Shown here: in pieces, positions 1 to 8,450 of the stretch
Layout: every line of letters starts with the position of its first letter
Numbering within the stretch: the stretch's first letter is position 1
Sequence record: OM634661.1
Reading direction: 5' to 3' (one strand)
Length of the DNA: 64,000 nt
Made by a program: the position numbers and the translations under genes
Notes under the pieces: model-generated
Databases searched by the model: none
The model's input: only the letters and a program-made list of their open reading frames with translations
Told to the model about the DNA's origin: nothing

Positions 1-39
1 TTGGCGATACTGTTATTAGAAAACGAAAGGGTGATTGAT

Positions 40-1320
40 TTGAAGGGATTTATTTCATGCTTGGGTGTATTGGTAGCAATATTGATGATTGTATCGTCTG
101 TATCAGCTATTAAAAATAAAAGTGCAGCAAATGAAGAGAATACATGGACGCACGAGACAGAGGTCTCTGAGGACAATATACCACTATCTGTAGAAGCAGA
201 GGTAGAGAAGCAAGAGAAGGCTGCTCAGAACGATGACAAAGAGATTGCTTCTTCTAATACTACTAATAAGGAAGAAACAAGTGTAGAGGAAGAAGAAGAG
301 CCTAAAAAGGAGAAGAAGAAAGTAAGTGATGGTAAGTTCGAATATGAAGTTCCTGAATCTGCTCCTTGGTGGTCTCCTGTAAGTGGTGGAGACATAGACT
401 CTAAGAACGTCCAGAAGGGCGAGAATGGGCAAGTAAGCACAATTGTAGGCAATGGTACTCAAGGTCAATCAGAACGTCAGCTAGACACTCCTAGACAGCT
501 TGCAGTGAGTCCTAATAAACAGGTTTACTTTATTGATGGAAGCAGTCAGGATGCAAAGATCCGAAAGTTCGATGGAAAGAAAAATGTAACAGTTGTAGAT
601 CTTATGCAGAGCCAGATCGTTAAAAGAGAAGGAGAGTTTATGTCTACTGGACTAAACTTTATTGGAAATACACTTTATGTGTCTGATATAAACAATTTAT
701 ACAAAGTAACAGACGGAAGAATTAATTCTGTAGGTCCTGCAATTAAAGATTACATGGAAAAACACAACTTTGCATATATATTCAGAACAGAAAAGTATAA
801 AAATTACATTTACTTAATGTTAGAAAGTAAAAGCTATCAATTCAGTATTATACGGTATAATGTAAATACTGGAAAGATAGAACAGGTCGTGGAGCAAAAT
901 ACTTATCCAGATCCATATAACTTCTATGTAAATGGAGAGAATGAGATCTTTATTGCTTGTTCGACTGGATATATTGTATGGGAACAACTACATCCAAGAC
1001 AAACAATAGATGCTTTTGTACATGCTGATCCTTCTGCCACTTCAATGGCTGATGTATGGATCGGTAAAGATGATGATATGTACATCATGGCATGGGAAGA
1101 AGGAGTCAAGAATGTCCTGTATAGAGATCCTAAAGGCGGAGCGGAAGATGAAGTTGATATGGTCATGGGAGATCGAAGAGGGTTTGTAGATGGTCATCAA
1201 GATGAAGTAGAGATGGATGGGGCGACAGACTTTGTATGGGATGGAAGTGGATATGTTTTTGCTGATACAAATAACCACGCCATCAGAAAATTATGGTACA
1301 ATGTAGGTCCTATGCATTAA
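40..1320 (+). CDS. Membrane-anchored or secreted NHL-repeat (beta-propeller) protein
   Basis: Probable TTG start at 40 after AAAGGGTGA. N-terminal hydrophobic segment (FISCLGVLVAILMIVSSVSA), then an E/K-rich linker, then NHL-like motifs (QLDTPRQLAVSPNKQVYFID; ATDFVWDGSGYVFADTNNHAIRKL). Confidence 0.7.
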   Translation: MKGFISCLGVLVAILMIVSSVSAIKNKSAANEENTWTHETEVSEDNIPLSVEAEVEKQEKAAQNDDKEIASSNTTNKEETSVEEEEEPKKEKKKVSDGKFEYEVPESAPWWSPVSGGDIDSKNVQKGENGQVSTIVGNGTQGQSERQLDTPRQLAVSPNKQVYFIDGSSQDAKIRKFDGKKNVTVVDLMQSQIVKREGEFMSTGLNFIGNTLYVSDINNLYKVTDGRINSVGPAIKDYMEKHNFAYIFRTEKYKNYIYLMLESKSYQFSIIRYNVNTGKIEQVVEQNTYPDPYNFYVNGENEIFIACSTGYIVWEQLHPRQTIDAFVHADPSATSMADVWIGKDDDMYIMAWEEGVKNVLYRDPKGGAEDEVDMVMGDRRGFVDGHQDEVEMDGATDFVWDGSGYVFADTNNHAIRKLWYNVGPMH

Positions 1321-1344
1321 CAAAGGGTAAAGGGAGAGTAAGCA

Positions 1345-1803
1345 GTGGGGGATAATATAAAAGAAAGTCGTATTTATAAGATCTGGAGGGGCATGAAGTA
1401 CAGATGTGAGAGTACAGCCTCTCCTTCTTATCAATATTATGGGGCAAAAGATATTAAGGTCTGCGATGAATGGCAGGATTTCGATTCTTTTTATGTATGG
1501 TCTATTAATAATGGATATACAGATGATCTTACTATAGAGAGAATAGATGTAAGTGATGATTACGGACCACACAATTGCGAATGGATATCTAAGAGAAAAC
1601 AGTCTAGGAATAAAACCAACACCACCCTACTCCAGATAGATGGCGTAGTAAAGACTTTGTATGAATGGTGTAAAGAATACGGGTTGCGTCCTAATACAGT
1701 AAGAAGTAGAATGAAAAGAGGATGGAAAGGGAGAGATTTATTAAAACCTGCAAGGGAAAAGAAACCATCCTATTATAAGAACTTTTATGGCGGCGGCGCA
1801 TAA
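1345..1803 (+). CDS. Free-standing HNH homing endonuclease
   Basis: Phage HNH signature WRGMKYRC...YQYYGAKDIKVCDEW...LTIERIDVSDDYGPHNCEW...QSRNK and a C-terminal HTH-like tail (KTLYEWCKEYGLRPNTVRSRMKRGW). GTG start after AAGGGAGAG. Confidence 0.88.
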   Translation: MGDNIKESRIYKIWRGMKYRCESTASPSYQYYGAKDIKVCDEWQDFDSFYVWSINNGYTDDLTIERIDVSDDYGPHNCEWISKRKQSRNKTNTTLLQIDGVVKTLYEWCKEYGLRPNTVRSRMKRGWKGRDLLKPAREKKPSYYKNFYGGGA

Positions 1804-1812
1804 CATTGTATA

Positions 1813-1838
1813 AGGAGGCTTTAGCCTCCTCTTCTTTT
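1813..1838 (+). terminator. Intrinsic terminator
   Basis: AGGAGGC-TTTA-GCCTCCT stem followed by CTTCTTTT, just after the HNH stop codon. Confidence 0.75.
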
Positions 1839-1864
1839 AATCTAATATAAGGAGGAATACATGT

Positions 1865-2011
1865 ATGGAGAAGTGCTATATGTGTAATAAGCGTCTAACA
1901 GTGAATACAGGTATGTATATTCTTCGTGTAAAGGATAGTAAGTTTTACATGTGTACGAATTGTAGAGTATTACAGAAGAGACTTGCTAAGAGATTAAAGG
2001 GTATTGTATAA
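1865..2011 (+). CDS. 48-aa C4 zinc-finger protein (not in ORF track)
   Basis: GGAGG at 1851-1855, ATG at 1865. Translates MEKCYMCNKRLTVNTGMYILRVKDSKFYMCTNCRVLQKRLAKRLKGIV*, i.e. CxxC-x22-CxxC. Confidence 0.8.
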   Translation: MEKCYMCNKRLTVNTGMYILRVKDSKFYMCTNCRVLQKRLAKRLKGIV

Positions 2012-2094
2012 TATAGGCGTATTAACTTTCAGCTTAAAATCTTTTGTTTTCAGTTTCATTTCTTTCTTATTGATTAAAGAGAGAATGGAAAGGA

Positions 2095-2124
2095 AGGTCT
2101 CTATTAATTTAGAGATCTTTTTTT
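2095..2124 (+). terminator. Intrinsic terminator
   Basis: AGGTCTCTA-TTAATT-TAGAGATCT stem followed by a T run. Confidence 0.75.
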
Positions 2125-2287
2125 ATTTATTTAGCAAAAAGGTATTGACAAATGAGTGTACAACAGTTGGGAGAGAGGTAAGAAAAACAGATCGCGGTTC
2201 GCCTTCGGCTATATAGATAGTAGCAATAAAATGACAAAGAATTGAAACGTCCCTATGGACAACAAGATAATAAGTGGTTATGGTAGC

Positions 2288-2329
2288 GACAGGGAATCTT
2301 GCCTTTTTAGCAGGAAGACCTGTCTTTTT
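2288..2329 (+). terminator. Terminator-like hairpin in the leader of the first structural-operon gene
   Basis: GACAGG/CCTGTC outer stem, TCTT/AAGA and CCT/AGG inner stems, then TTTTT; ends about 25 nt before ATG 2355. Confidence 0.45.
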
Positions 2330-2354
2330 ATTTAGCAAGAAAGGAGAGGTTGAT

Positions 2355-3041
2355 ATGTCAATTGAAGAGAGAAGAAAGGAACTTGAACAGTACAAAGATA
2401 AAGCTCCTGAAATAAAACCACAAAAAGAAGTGGAATTACCTAAAGCATGGCAACTTAGCGACAAAGGAAAGGAAGCTATTCAGATTGCTGTTGAGATGAG
2501 CAATACGAAACATGGTATGTACGCTTCTGTTCCTATGTTATGTAAAGCAGAAGAGTGTCCTTATGCGAAGGTATGTCCTCTTATCTCTATGGGTAAAGCG
2601 CCAGAAGGAGAAAGATGTCCGATTGAAATTGGGATGATCTTAACAAAATACGAGGATTATGCTGATGAGTTTGGTATTGATGAAAAGAATATTGTAGATA
2701 TGGGATTCGTAAAAGACCTCATTGATTGTGATATCCAAGTATTTAGAGCTGAAAATAAAATGGCGATTGATGGAGACTTCATCGAAGAGTTTACAGTTAC
2801 TGTGACAGAAAGCGGAGAAGAGATCAATGATATTCGTTTGTCTAAGGCTGTCGAATATAAAGACAAAATTCTAAGCAAAAAGCACAAGATCCTTCAATTA
2901 ATGAACAGTACACGTAAAGATAAAGCAGGAACAGTTCAAAGTTCAGTTCTTGATCCATCTAGTTATGCAGCTCAATTGATGCAAAGTTTTGCGAAGCAAG
3001 CGCCTATAGAAGCAGATTACGAAGAAGTGGATGATGAATAA
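2355..3041 (+). CDS. Cys-motif protein, possible terminase small subunit
   Basis: Better start is ATG 2355 after AAGGAGAGG. Contains C-x4-C-x5-C-x13-C and a helical core; lies a few genes upstream of terL. The function is a positional guess. Confidence 0.35.
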   Translation: MSIEERRKELEQYKDKAPEIKPQKEVELPKAWQLSDKGKEAIQIAVEMSNTKHGMYASVPMLCKAEECPYAKVCPLISMGKAPEGERCPIEIGMILTKYEDYADEFGIDEKNIVDMGFVKDLIDCDIQVFRAENKMAIDGDFIEEFTVTVTESGEEINDIRLSKAVEYKDKILSKKHKILQLMNSTRKDKAGTVQSSVLDPSSYAAQLMQSFAKQAPIEADYEEVDDE

Positions 3042-3814
3042 TGAGTCATCAAATGAAAAGTATCACAGAAATAGCTAAATCACAGATGGGTAAAATGATT
3101 GGGGAAGCAAAGTCTACTCCATACATGAAACATGTAGCTGGTGTTGGAGCTGTTGGTGGTCTTTCCAAAACGATTAATGATGACGTGGATGATGGTATTG
3201 TATCTACTACATCCAATATGGCTCTTGGTGCAATTGGTGCTGGGGGTGCATACTTTGGTGCTAAGAAGTTAACTGAGAATACAGACTATATAGATAGAGT
3301 GAAACGACTTGTAGGTACTGGAGATAGAAGTCAGTCCAATATGGTTGCTGCTAATAGTGAGAAGAAAGCTATAGAGAGTAGAAAAGAATCTGCAATGGCA
3401 ATGACAGAAGATCAGTCAAAGTATGTCTCTAATCAATCAGAGAAAAAGCAGAAGCTTAAAGTATCTGATATTAATGATCAAGAGATCTCTGTTAAAGCTG
3501 AAAAGACATTACACGATGCCAAAATTCAGCAAAAGGCAAAGAATACAATGAGTAAGCTGAAACTAGCAGGTGTAATTGGTGCTGCTACTTTAGGTTTTGC
3601 AGAAGTATTAGATATTAAGTCTGATATTGATCATAAGAGAAAAGAAAAGCAAATGGTTAAAAAGCAAGAGCAAGCCATTGTAAGAAATCGTAATGAAGAG
3701 CGTCAGAGCTTAAAGCAAATGAGCTATGGAAATGTTGATCTTGGGAATATTGTTTCCGAGATGTGGAATGAAAGAATTGGTCATCATAAGATGGGTAACT
3801 CAAAATTTCAATAA
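3041..3814 (+). CDS. Hypothetical protein with glycine-zipper-like hydrophobic segments
   Basis: GVGAVGGL, ALGAIGAGGAYFGA and LAGVIGAATLGFA segments; the ATG overlaps the upstream stop. Confidence 0.6.
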   Translation: MSHQMKSITEIAKSQMGKMIGEAKSTPYMKHVAGVGAVGGLSKTINDDVDDGIVSTTSNMALGAIGAGGAYFGAKKLTENTDYIDRVKRLVGTGDRSQSNMVAANSEKKAIESRKESAMAMTEDQSKYVSNQSEKKQKLKVSDINDQEISVKAEKTLHDAKIQQKAKNTMSKLKLAGVIGAATLGFAEVLDIKSDIDHKRKEKQMVKKQEQAIVRNRNEERQSLKQMSYGNVDLGNIVSEMWNERIGHHKMGNSKFQ

Positions 3815-3837
3815 TAAATAGAAAGGAGATATAAGAC

Positions 3838-4389
3838 ATGGCAATTAGTAATGTTTTAAAAGGCGTAGGTGCTAGTGCTGTTAGAGGTAAGTCTTTGAAC
3901 TTAAATAGAGGTGCTACATCTGCTAGGAGTGGCGGATATTCTAATCTAGGTACTGGTGGAAGCTTGAAATCTAGAGCTATGCAAACTGGAGCTTGGATGA
4001 GAGGGAATCTAGCCAACTCTTTAAGAGATGACAATGTAAGTTTACTAAGAGCTGCTGGAGGTCATGCTGCTCGTGGTGGTGTATTCGGTGGGTTAGCTGG
4101 GGGTATATCATCTAGTGCTCAAGGCGGCAGTTTCTGGGACGGTGCAAAAGAAGGTGCATTTAATGGTGCTGTTGGATGGACAGGATATAGAATGGGTATG
4201 AGAGCAACAGGAGCAACAAGTCGTAATCCATTTAGCCAACAAGGACCTGTTAGATCTGCTGTCAATATGTTTAATGCGACAAGTCAGAACCCTAATATTA
4301 GTCGTCCTGCTCAAAAACTTCTTCAACATAGACAAATGGAAGGACTAAGTAGAGCTGTGACAAAATCTCAAGGTAAGGGGATTTACTAA
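3838..4389 (+). CDS. Gly/Ala-rich basic hypothetical protein
   Basis: RBS AAAGGAG; GGVFGGLAGGISS and GAFNGAVGWTG motifs. Confidence 0.6.
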   Translation: MAISNVLKGVGASAVRGKSLNLNRGATSARSGGYSNLGTGGSLKSRAMQTGAWMRGNLANSLRDDNVSLLRAAGGHAARGGVFGGLAGGISSSAQGGSFWDGAKEGAFNGAVGWTGYRMGMRATGATSRNPFSQQGPVRSAVNMFNATSQNPNISRPAQKLLQHRQMEGLSRAVTKSQGKGIY

Positions 4390-4820
4390 TGGCTAGATTT
4401 GGTAGATATATAGAGAAGGCAATTAGTGCCGCTGAAAAGACAAAGAAGGTCGCATACAAACCATTAGATAAAGTAATTGATAAATCTATTGATGGAGTTG
4501 TTCATACTGCAAAGAACGCATCTAATTGGAAAGGTGGAAAGCTCTTAAAGAAAACAGATCCTTCTTTTTCAAATGCTTATACAGGCTATCGAGAAGGTGC
4601 GGGTTTAATTATAGGAGCTTCTGTTGTAGGTGGTGCGTATGGTATGACGGACTATAAAATGAAAACGGAGTTTGTTCCAAAGACAGGGGAAATTGCTTAT
4701 AGTGGAGCGCCTCCTATTATGGATGCGGAAGGTGTAGGTACTACACCAAATAGTCAAGCACCTACTCTTGGTGCTTCTGGAAGCATGGTCTTTGGGATGC
4801 ATAATGCTAGAAAGGGGTAA
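4389..4820 (+). CDS. Hypothetical protein with one hydrophobic segment
   Basis: Start coupled to the upstream stop; GAGLIIGASVVGGAYG segment. Confidence 0.6.
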   Translation: MARFGRYIEKAISAAEKTKKVAYKPLDKVIDKSIDGVVHTAKNASNWKGGKLLKKTDPSFSNAYTGYREGAGLIIGASVVGGAYGMTDYKMKTEFVPKTGEIAYSGAPPIMDAEGVGTTPNSQAPTLGASGSMVFGMHNARKG

Positions 4821-4827
4821 TTAGATA

Positions 4828-5289
4828 ATGAAAATGAATCCTTTTTTAAGAAACAAAGGTGGCAATGCTGCTGGTCAATCTGCTAGAGCTAAAGCAAAAT
4901 TTGGCGGACTTGGTGTTGCTGGTGCAGGATTTGGATTAGTAGATACATATATGAATATGAAGCAAGGTGATGATCTTGGAACCGCTGCTTTAAAAGCAAC
5001 TGGAACAGCAATGCTTTGGACAGCAGCTCCTGGAGCAATGACTGCATACACTGTTGCAACAACATTACCTTCTGTTGCTGCTGGTGTAACAAACTGGCAT
5101 AAGCAAAGATCAGAGTGGTGGCAACAGCAACATATCCGAGGTCAAGTTGGCGGAGGATATCAAGATACTCAAGCTGCCCTTACAATGAGGCAAGCAGCTG
5201 TACAGCAAATCCAAGGTAATAAATTAAATGCAAGAAGTGCTTTAGGTGGAGAAGCAAGAATCTTTAGTGAAAGTTACCATAGAGGATAA
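4828..5289 (+). CDS. Gly/Ala-rich hypothetical protein
   Basis: GGLGVAGAGFGL and long Ala/Thr-rich helices; directly upstream of terL. Confidence 0.6.
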   Translation: MKMNPFLRNKGGNAAGQSARAKAKFGGLGVAGAGFGLVDTYMNMKQGDDLGTAALKATGTAMLWTAAPGAMTAYTVATTLPSVAAGVTNWHKQRSEWWQQQHIRGQVGGGYQDTQAALTMRQAAVQQIQGNKLNARSALGGEARIFSESYHRG

Positions 5290-5295
5290 ATCAAT

Positions 5296-8250
5296 ATGAG
5301 TAATATTACACGTTATGACCAAGAAATGTTTGAAATATTCAATGATCCAGCAAAGTGGGCGGCTCACCATTTAGGTGAAGCCCCTCGTTGGTATCAAGAG
5401 CAAATTCTTCGCCATCCACACCATCGAAAAGTTCTTCGATGCGGACGAAGGATTGGTAAGTGTATTGTTTATGATCAAAGAGTAATGAATCCTGATACAG
5501 GTGAATATGTAGATGTTGAAACATTATATCATTTAAGCAAGGAAGAGAGTCAAAGCGGAAACAATCTTTTAACATTAAATGATAAGTATCAATTAGAACC
5601 TAGCGTATCATTCTTTGTAGAAGACAATGGAGTGAAAGAATCATTTAGAGTAAGAACAAAATATGGAGCAGAAGTTTCACTAACAGGGAATCACCCTGTC
5701 CTTACTTTAGATGGATGGGTAGAGGTAGATGCATTAGAAGTAGGTATGAGAATTGCAACACCTAAATCTATTAGTTACTTTGGGAATACAGAGATTGATG
5801 AGAGTAGAATTCAATTCATTGCTTCGCTACTTGCTGGAGGTCATTATTCTAAAGGTAAGATTACTTTTAGCTGTAATACAAAAAAGGCAATGGATACGTT
5901 TAGAAGTGCAGCTGAAAAAATGGGCTACAGATCAGTAAGAGATCTAACAAAAGAAAATACATGTATTCTTATTGTTGAACAAGAAGATGCGATCTTGCAA
6001 GATGTATTAATAGACAGAAGGGTTCCTGATGAAATATTTTCATTAACAAAAGATCAAATCGCTCTATTCCTAAATGTATTTTACGGAGTAAGTGGATGGG
6101 CATATAATGGGACACGACCAGAGATTGGTGTTTCGTCTTCTTCAAAACAATTGATGATTGATATCAAACACTTACTTTTAAGATTTGGAATACATGCGAA
6201 TCTCAAGAAGAAGAAGTCTAGGTATAAAGATAATATTTCTTATGTATATCAATTAGTCATTTTTAGAAAAGAAGGCCTGTTAAGATTTCATAATGAGATT
6301 AGTATCTCTGGTAAAGAAGATGTGTTAGCTAATATTAAACATAGAGCACTTCAAATAGAAGAAGCTGAACATACTGTTCCAAAAGAAGTATGGAAATACA
6401 TAGAGGAAGAAAGACTTGAGAAAGGTCTATCTAAGTCTCAAGTTTCTGGATCTACAAAAGAAAGATTGAGAACAAATGTCGCACCAAGCTTATCTAAAGT
6501 TGCTCAGTATGCAGAGAATCTAGAATCTTCTTTCTTATATGATATTGCTAGAAGTGATTTAATATGGGAAGAAGTTGTTGAGATTGAATCACTAGGTATG
6601 CAGCAAACATATGACGTATTTGTACCTGAGACTCACAATCTAGTTGTAGAAGATGTAATGGTTCATAATACATGGACAATGACAGCTCATATGCTATGGG
6701 TTGCATTTACTTGTAACGGCGGTAAGGAATTGAAGAAAGGTGCAACATGTCTTGTTGCTACACCATATGATACACAGGCTCGTGAGATTTTTGATCAGCT
6801 TAGAAACTTTATTGATAATAATGAGGTATTGAGATCATCTGTTGCTAGTATCACAAAATCTCCATATGAAATTGTTTTTAAGAATAAATCTCGTATTAAA
6901 CTTCATACAGCTGGAACAAGATCTGGAGCAGAGGGAGGAAGCTTACGTGGACAAAAAGCATCCTGGCTATATCTAGATGAGGTTGATTACTTAGGTGATA
7001 AGGATTTTGAGGCTATCTATGCCATTACATTAGAAGCTCCAAAGCGAATAGGTGTCATGTGTGCTTCTACACCTACAGGTCGAAGAGGTAAGTTCTTTCA
7101 GATCTGTAATGAAAAAATGAATCAAGAGGTAGTTGTTGATAAAGAAACGAATCAGTTTGACGAAGATACATATGATCGGAATACAGCAAGAGGATGGCAA
7201 GAATTCTATTTCCCTACAATGGTAAACCCTGAGTGGTCTCCTGATATGGAAAAGGAATTAAAAAGCATCTATTCAGAAGTCGCATATGAACATGAAGTAT
7301 TGGCTGAGTTCGGTACAGAGATGGTCGGAGTATTCAATAAGGATTATCTTGATGAAGCAAGTAATATTCCTTACAAGTTACTCGACAAACCTTATAGTTC
7401 TGCACCTATAGCTATTGGTGTCGATTGGGATAAGGCTGGAGCTGCTACTCAGATTGTTGTTTCTCAATGGGACCCGACAGACATGTGTAGATTAAGAGAT
7501 GGTATAGACGATCCTAATCAACCTAGATTCGGAAGGTTGAAAGTCATTAATAGGATTGAAATACCTAAGAGTGAATTTACATATGACAATGCTGTAAAGA
7601 CTTTGGTTGAATTAGATAAGATATATGATCCATTTGCTATCTATGTAGATAAAGGAGCGGGTGAATATCAAATAGAAGTATTGACAAAACAACTTGGTGA
7701 GAAAATCAGGGGTGTTGCATTAGGTAGTGCTTATGATGTAAGAGATCCTGTCAGAAGAATAATGGATAGAAAGCCATTAAAGCCTTACCTTGTAAATCAA
7801 TTAACACTTCTACTAGAAAGAGGTCAGCTCCGTATTCCTTCTAAAGATGTTGATGAGACATTTACAAGGCAGATGGAGAACTATCGAGTAGAGCGTATTG
7901 CTTATAAGACAGGAGAGCCTACTTATTCTAGTGATGATGAACATGCACTCGATGGATTAACATTCACACTCTTTGCTTTCTTAGAACACTTCCCAGATCT
8001 ACTAGCACTAACATATGAGGTTGAAGCAGCTAGAAAAGTCGGTGTGGCTAAGACAAAGAGATTTGATCCGTTAACAAATGTTTATGCAAAAGACCGAATG
8101 GAAACTAGATTTGAAACAAAACCAGAATGGGATGAACCAGGTCCACCACCATTGCAAAGAGCAACTGTTGGATCAAGTAGAAGTAAAAGAAGCTCTTGGG
8201 GAAGACGAGGATCTTCAAAAGCTTCAGTCCCTAAAAGAAAAAGCTGGTAA
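5296..8250 (+). CDS. terL: Terminase large subunit containing an intein (about 581 aa after splicing)
   Basis: Walker A GRRIGK|T is restored when the intein is removed. Walker B WLYLDEVD, coupling motif ASTP, RNase H-like nuclease motifs IGVDWD and DDEHALD. Confidence 0.93.
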   Translation: MSNITRYDQEMFEIFNDPAKWAAHHLGEAPRWYQEQILRHPHHRKVLRCGRRIGKCIVYDQRVMNPDTGEYVDVETLYHLSKEESQSGNNLLTLNDKYQLEPSVSFFVEDNGVKESFRVRTKYGAEVSLTGNHPVLTLDGWVEVDALEVGMRIATPKSISYFGNTEIDESRIQFIASLLAGGHYSKGKITFSCNTKKAMDTFRSAAEKMGYRSVRDLTKENTCILIVEQEDAILQDVLIDRRVPDEIFSLTKDQIALFLNVFYGVSGWAYNGTRPEIGVSSSSKQLMIDIKHLLLRFGIHANLKKKKSRYKDNISYVYQLVIFRKEGLLRFHNEISISGKEDVLANIKHRALQIEEAEHTVPKEVWKYIEEERLEKGLSKSQVSGSTKERLRTNVAPSLSKVAQYAENLESSFLYDIARSDLIWEEVVEIESLGMQQTYDVFVPETHNLVVEDVMVHNTWTMTAHMLWVAFTCNGGKELKKGATCLVATPYDTQAREIFDQLRNFIDNNEVLRSSVASITKSPYEIVFKNKSRIKLHTAGTRSGAEGGSLRGQKASWLYLDEVDYLGDKDFEAIYAITLEAPKRIGVMCASTPTGRRGKFFQICNEKMNQEVVVDKETNQFDEDTYDRNTARGWQEFYFPTMVNPEWSPDMEKELKSIYSEVAYEHEVLAEFGTEMVGVFNKDYLDEASNIPYKLLDKPYSSAPIAIGVDWDKAGAATQIVVSQWDPTDMCRLRDGIDDPNQPRFGRLKVINRIEIPKSEFTYDNAVKTLVELDKIYDPFAIYVDKGAGEYQIEVLTKQLGEKIRGVALGSAYDVRDPVRRIMDRKPLKPYLVNQLTLLLERGQLRIPSKDVDETFTRQMENYRVERIAYKTGEPTYSSDDEHALDGLTFTLFAFLEHFPDLLALTYEVEAARKVGVAKTKRFDPLTNVYAKDRMETRFETKPEWDEPGPPPLQRATVGSSRSKRSSWGRRGSSKASVPKRKSW
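5461..6669 (+). mobile_element. Intein (403 aa) with a LAGLIDADG-type endonuclease region
   Basis: Starts at Cys (CIVYDQRV), has block B LTGNHPVL, ends HNLVVEDVMVHN followed by Thr(+1). LAGLIDADG-like blocks look degenerate (IASLLAGGH; FLNVFYGVSG). Confidence 0.93.
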
Positions 8251-8288
8251 CAAAGGTTGACGTAGAAAGATGAAGTGGTTATTCTCAT

Positions 8289-8425
8289 AACAGCTAAGGA
8301 CTAGGACTCCCTTTTTCCTGGTCTTTCAGCTGTTTTTCAAGGTCGCTCATTCTCTCTCCCTTTGTTTTTAGCAACCTAGAGAGTATTCACCTTCCCTTTA
8401 TGCTCGATAGGTTGCTTCTTTTTTT
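8289..8425 (+). ncRNA. Two long hairpins with U tails and C/U-rich loops (tandem terminators or small RNA)
   Basis: Stem 8289-8334 with loop CTCCCTTTT; linker containing CTCCCTTT; stem 8370-8416 with loop TTCACCTTCCCTTTA; both stems are followed by T runs. Confidence 0.45.
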
Positions 8426-8450
8426 AATACATAAATAGGAGAGTGTATCT

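Noticed and set aside
2145-2175. Perfect TTGACA as a SigA promoter
   Set aside because: No -10-like hexamer 16-18 nt downstream (TGGGAG).
2004-2216. 70-aa + strand ORF
   Set aside because: No RBS, overlaps the zinc-finger stop, and runs through a terminator and T-rich non-coding sequence.
8294-8350. Minus-strand 18-aa ORF MSDLEKQLKDQEKGSPSP with a purine-rich RBS (type I toxin idea)
   Set aside because: The peptide is hydrophilic with no membrane helix; the RBS is simply the complement of the C/U motif.
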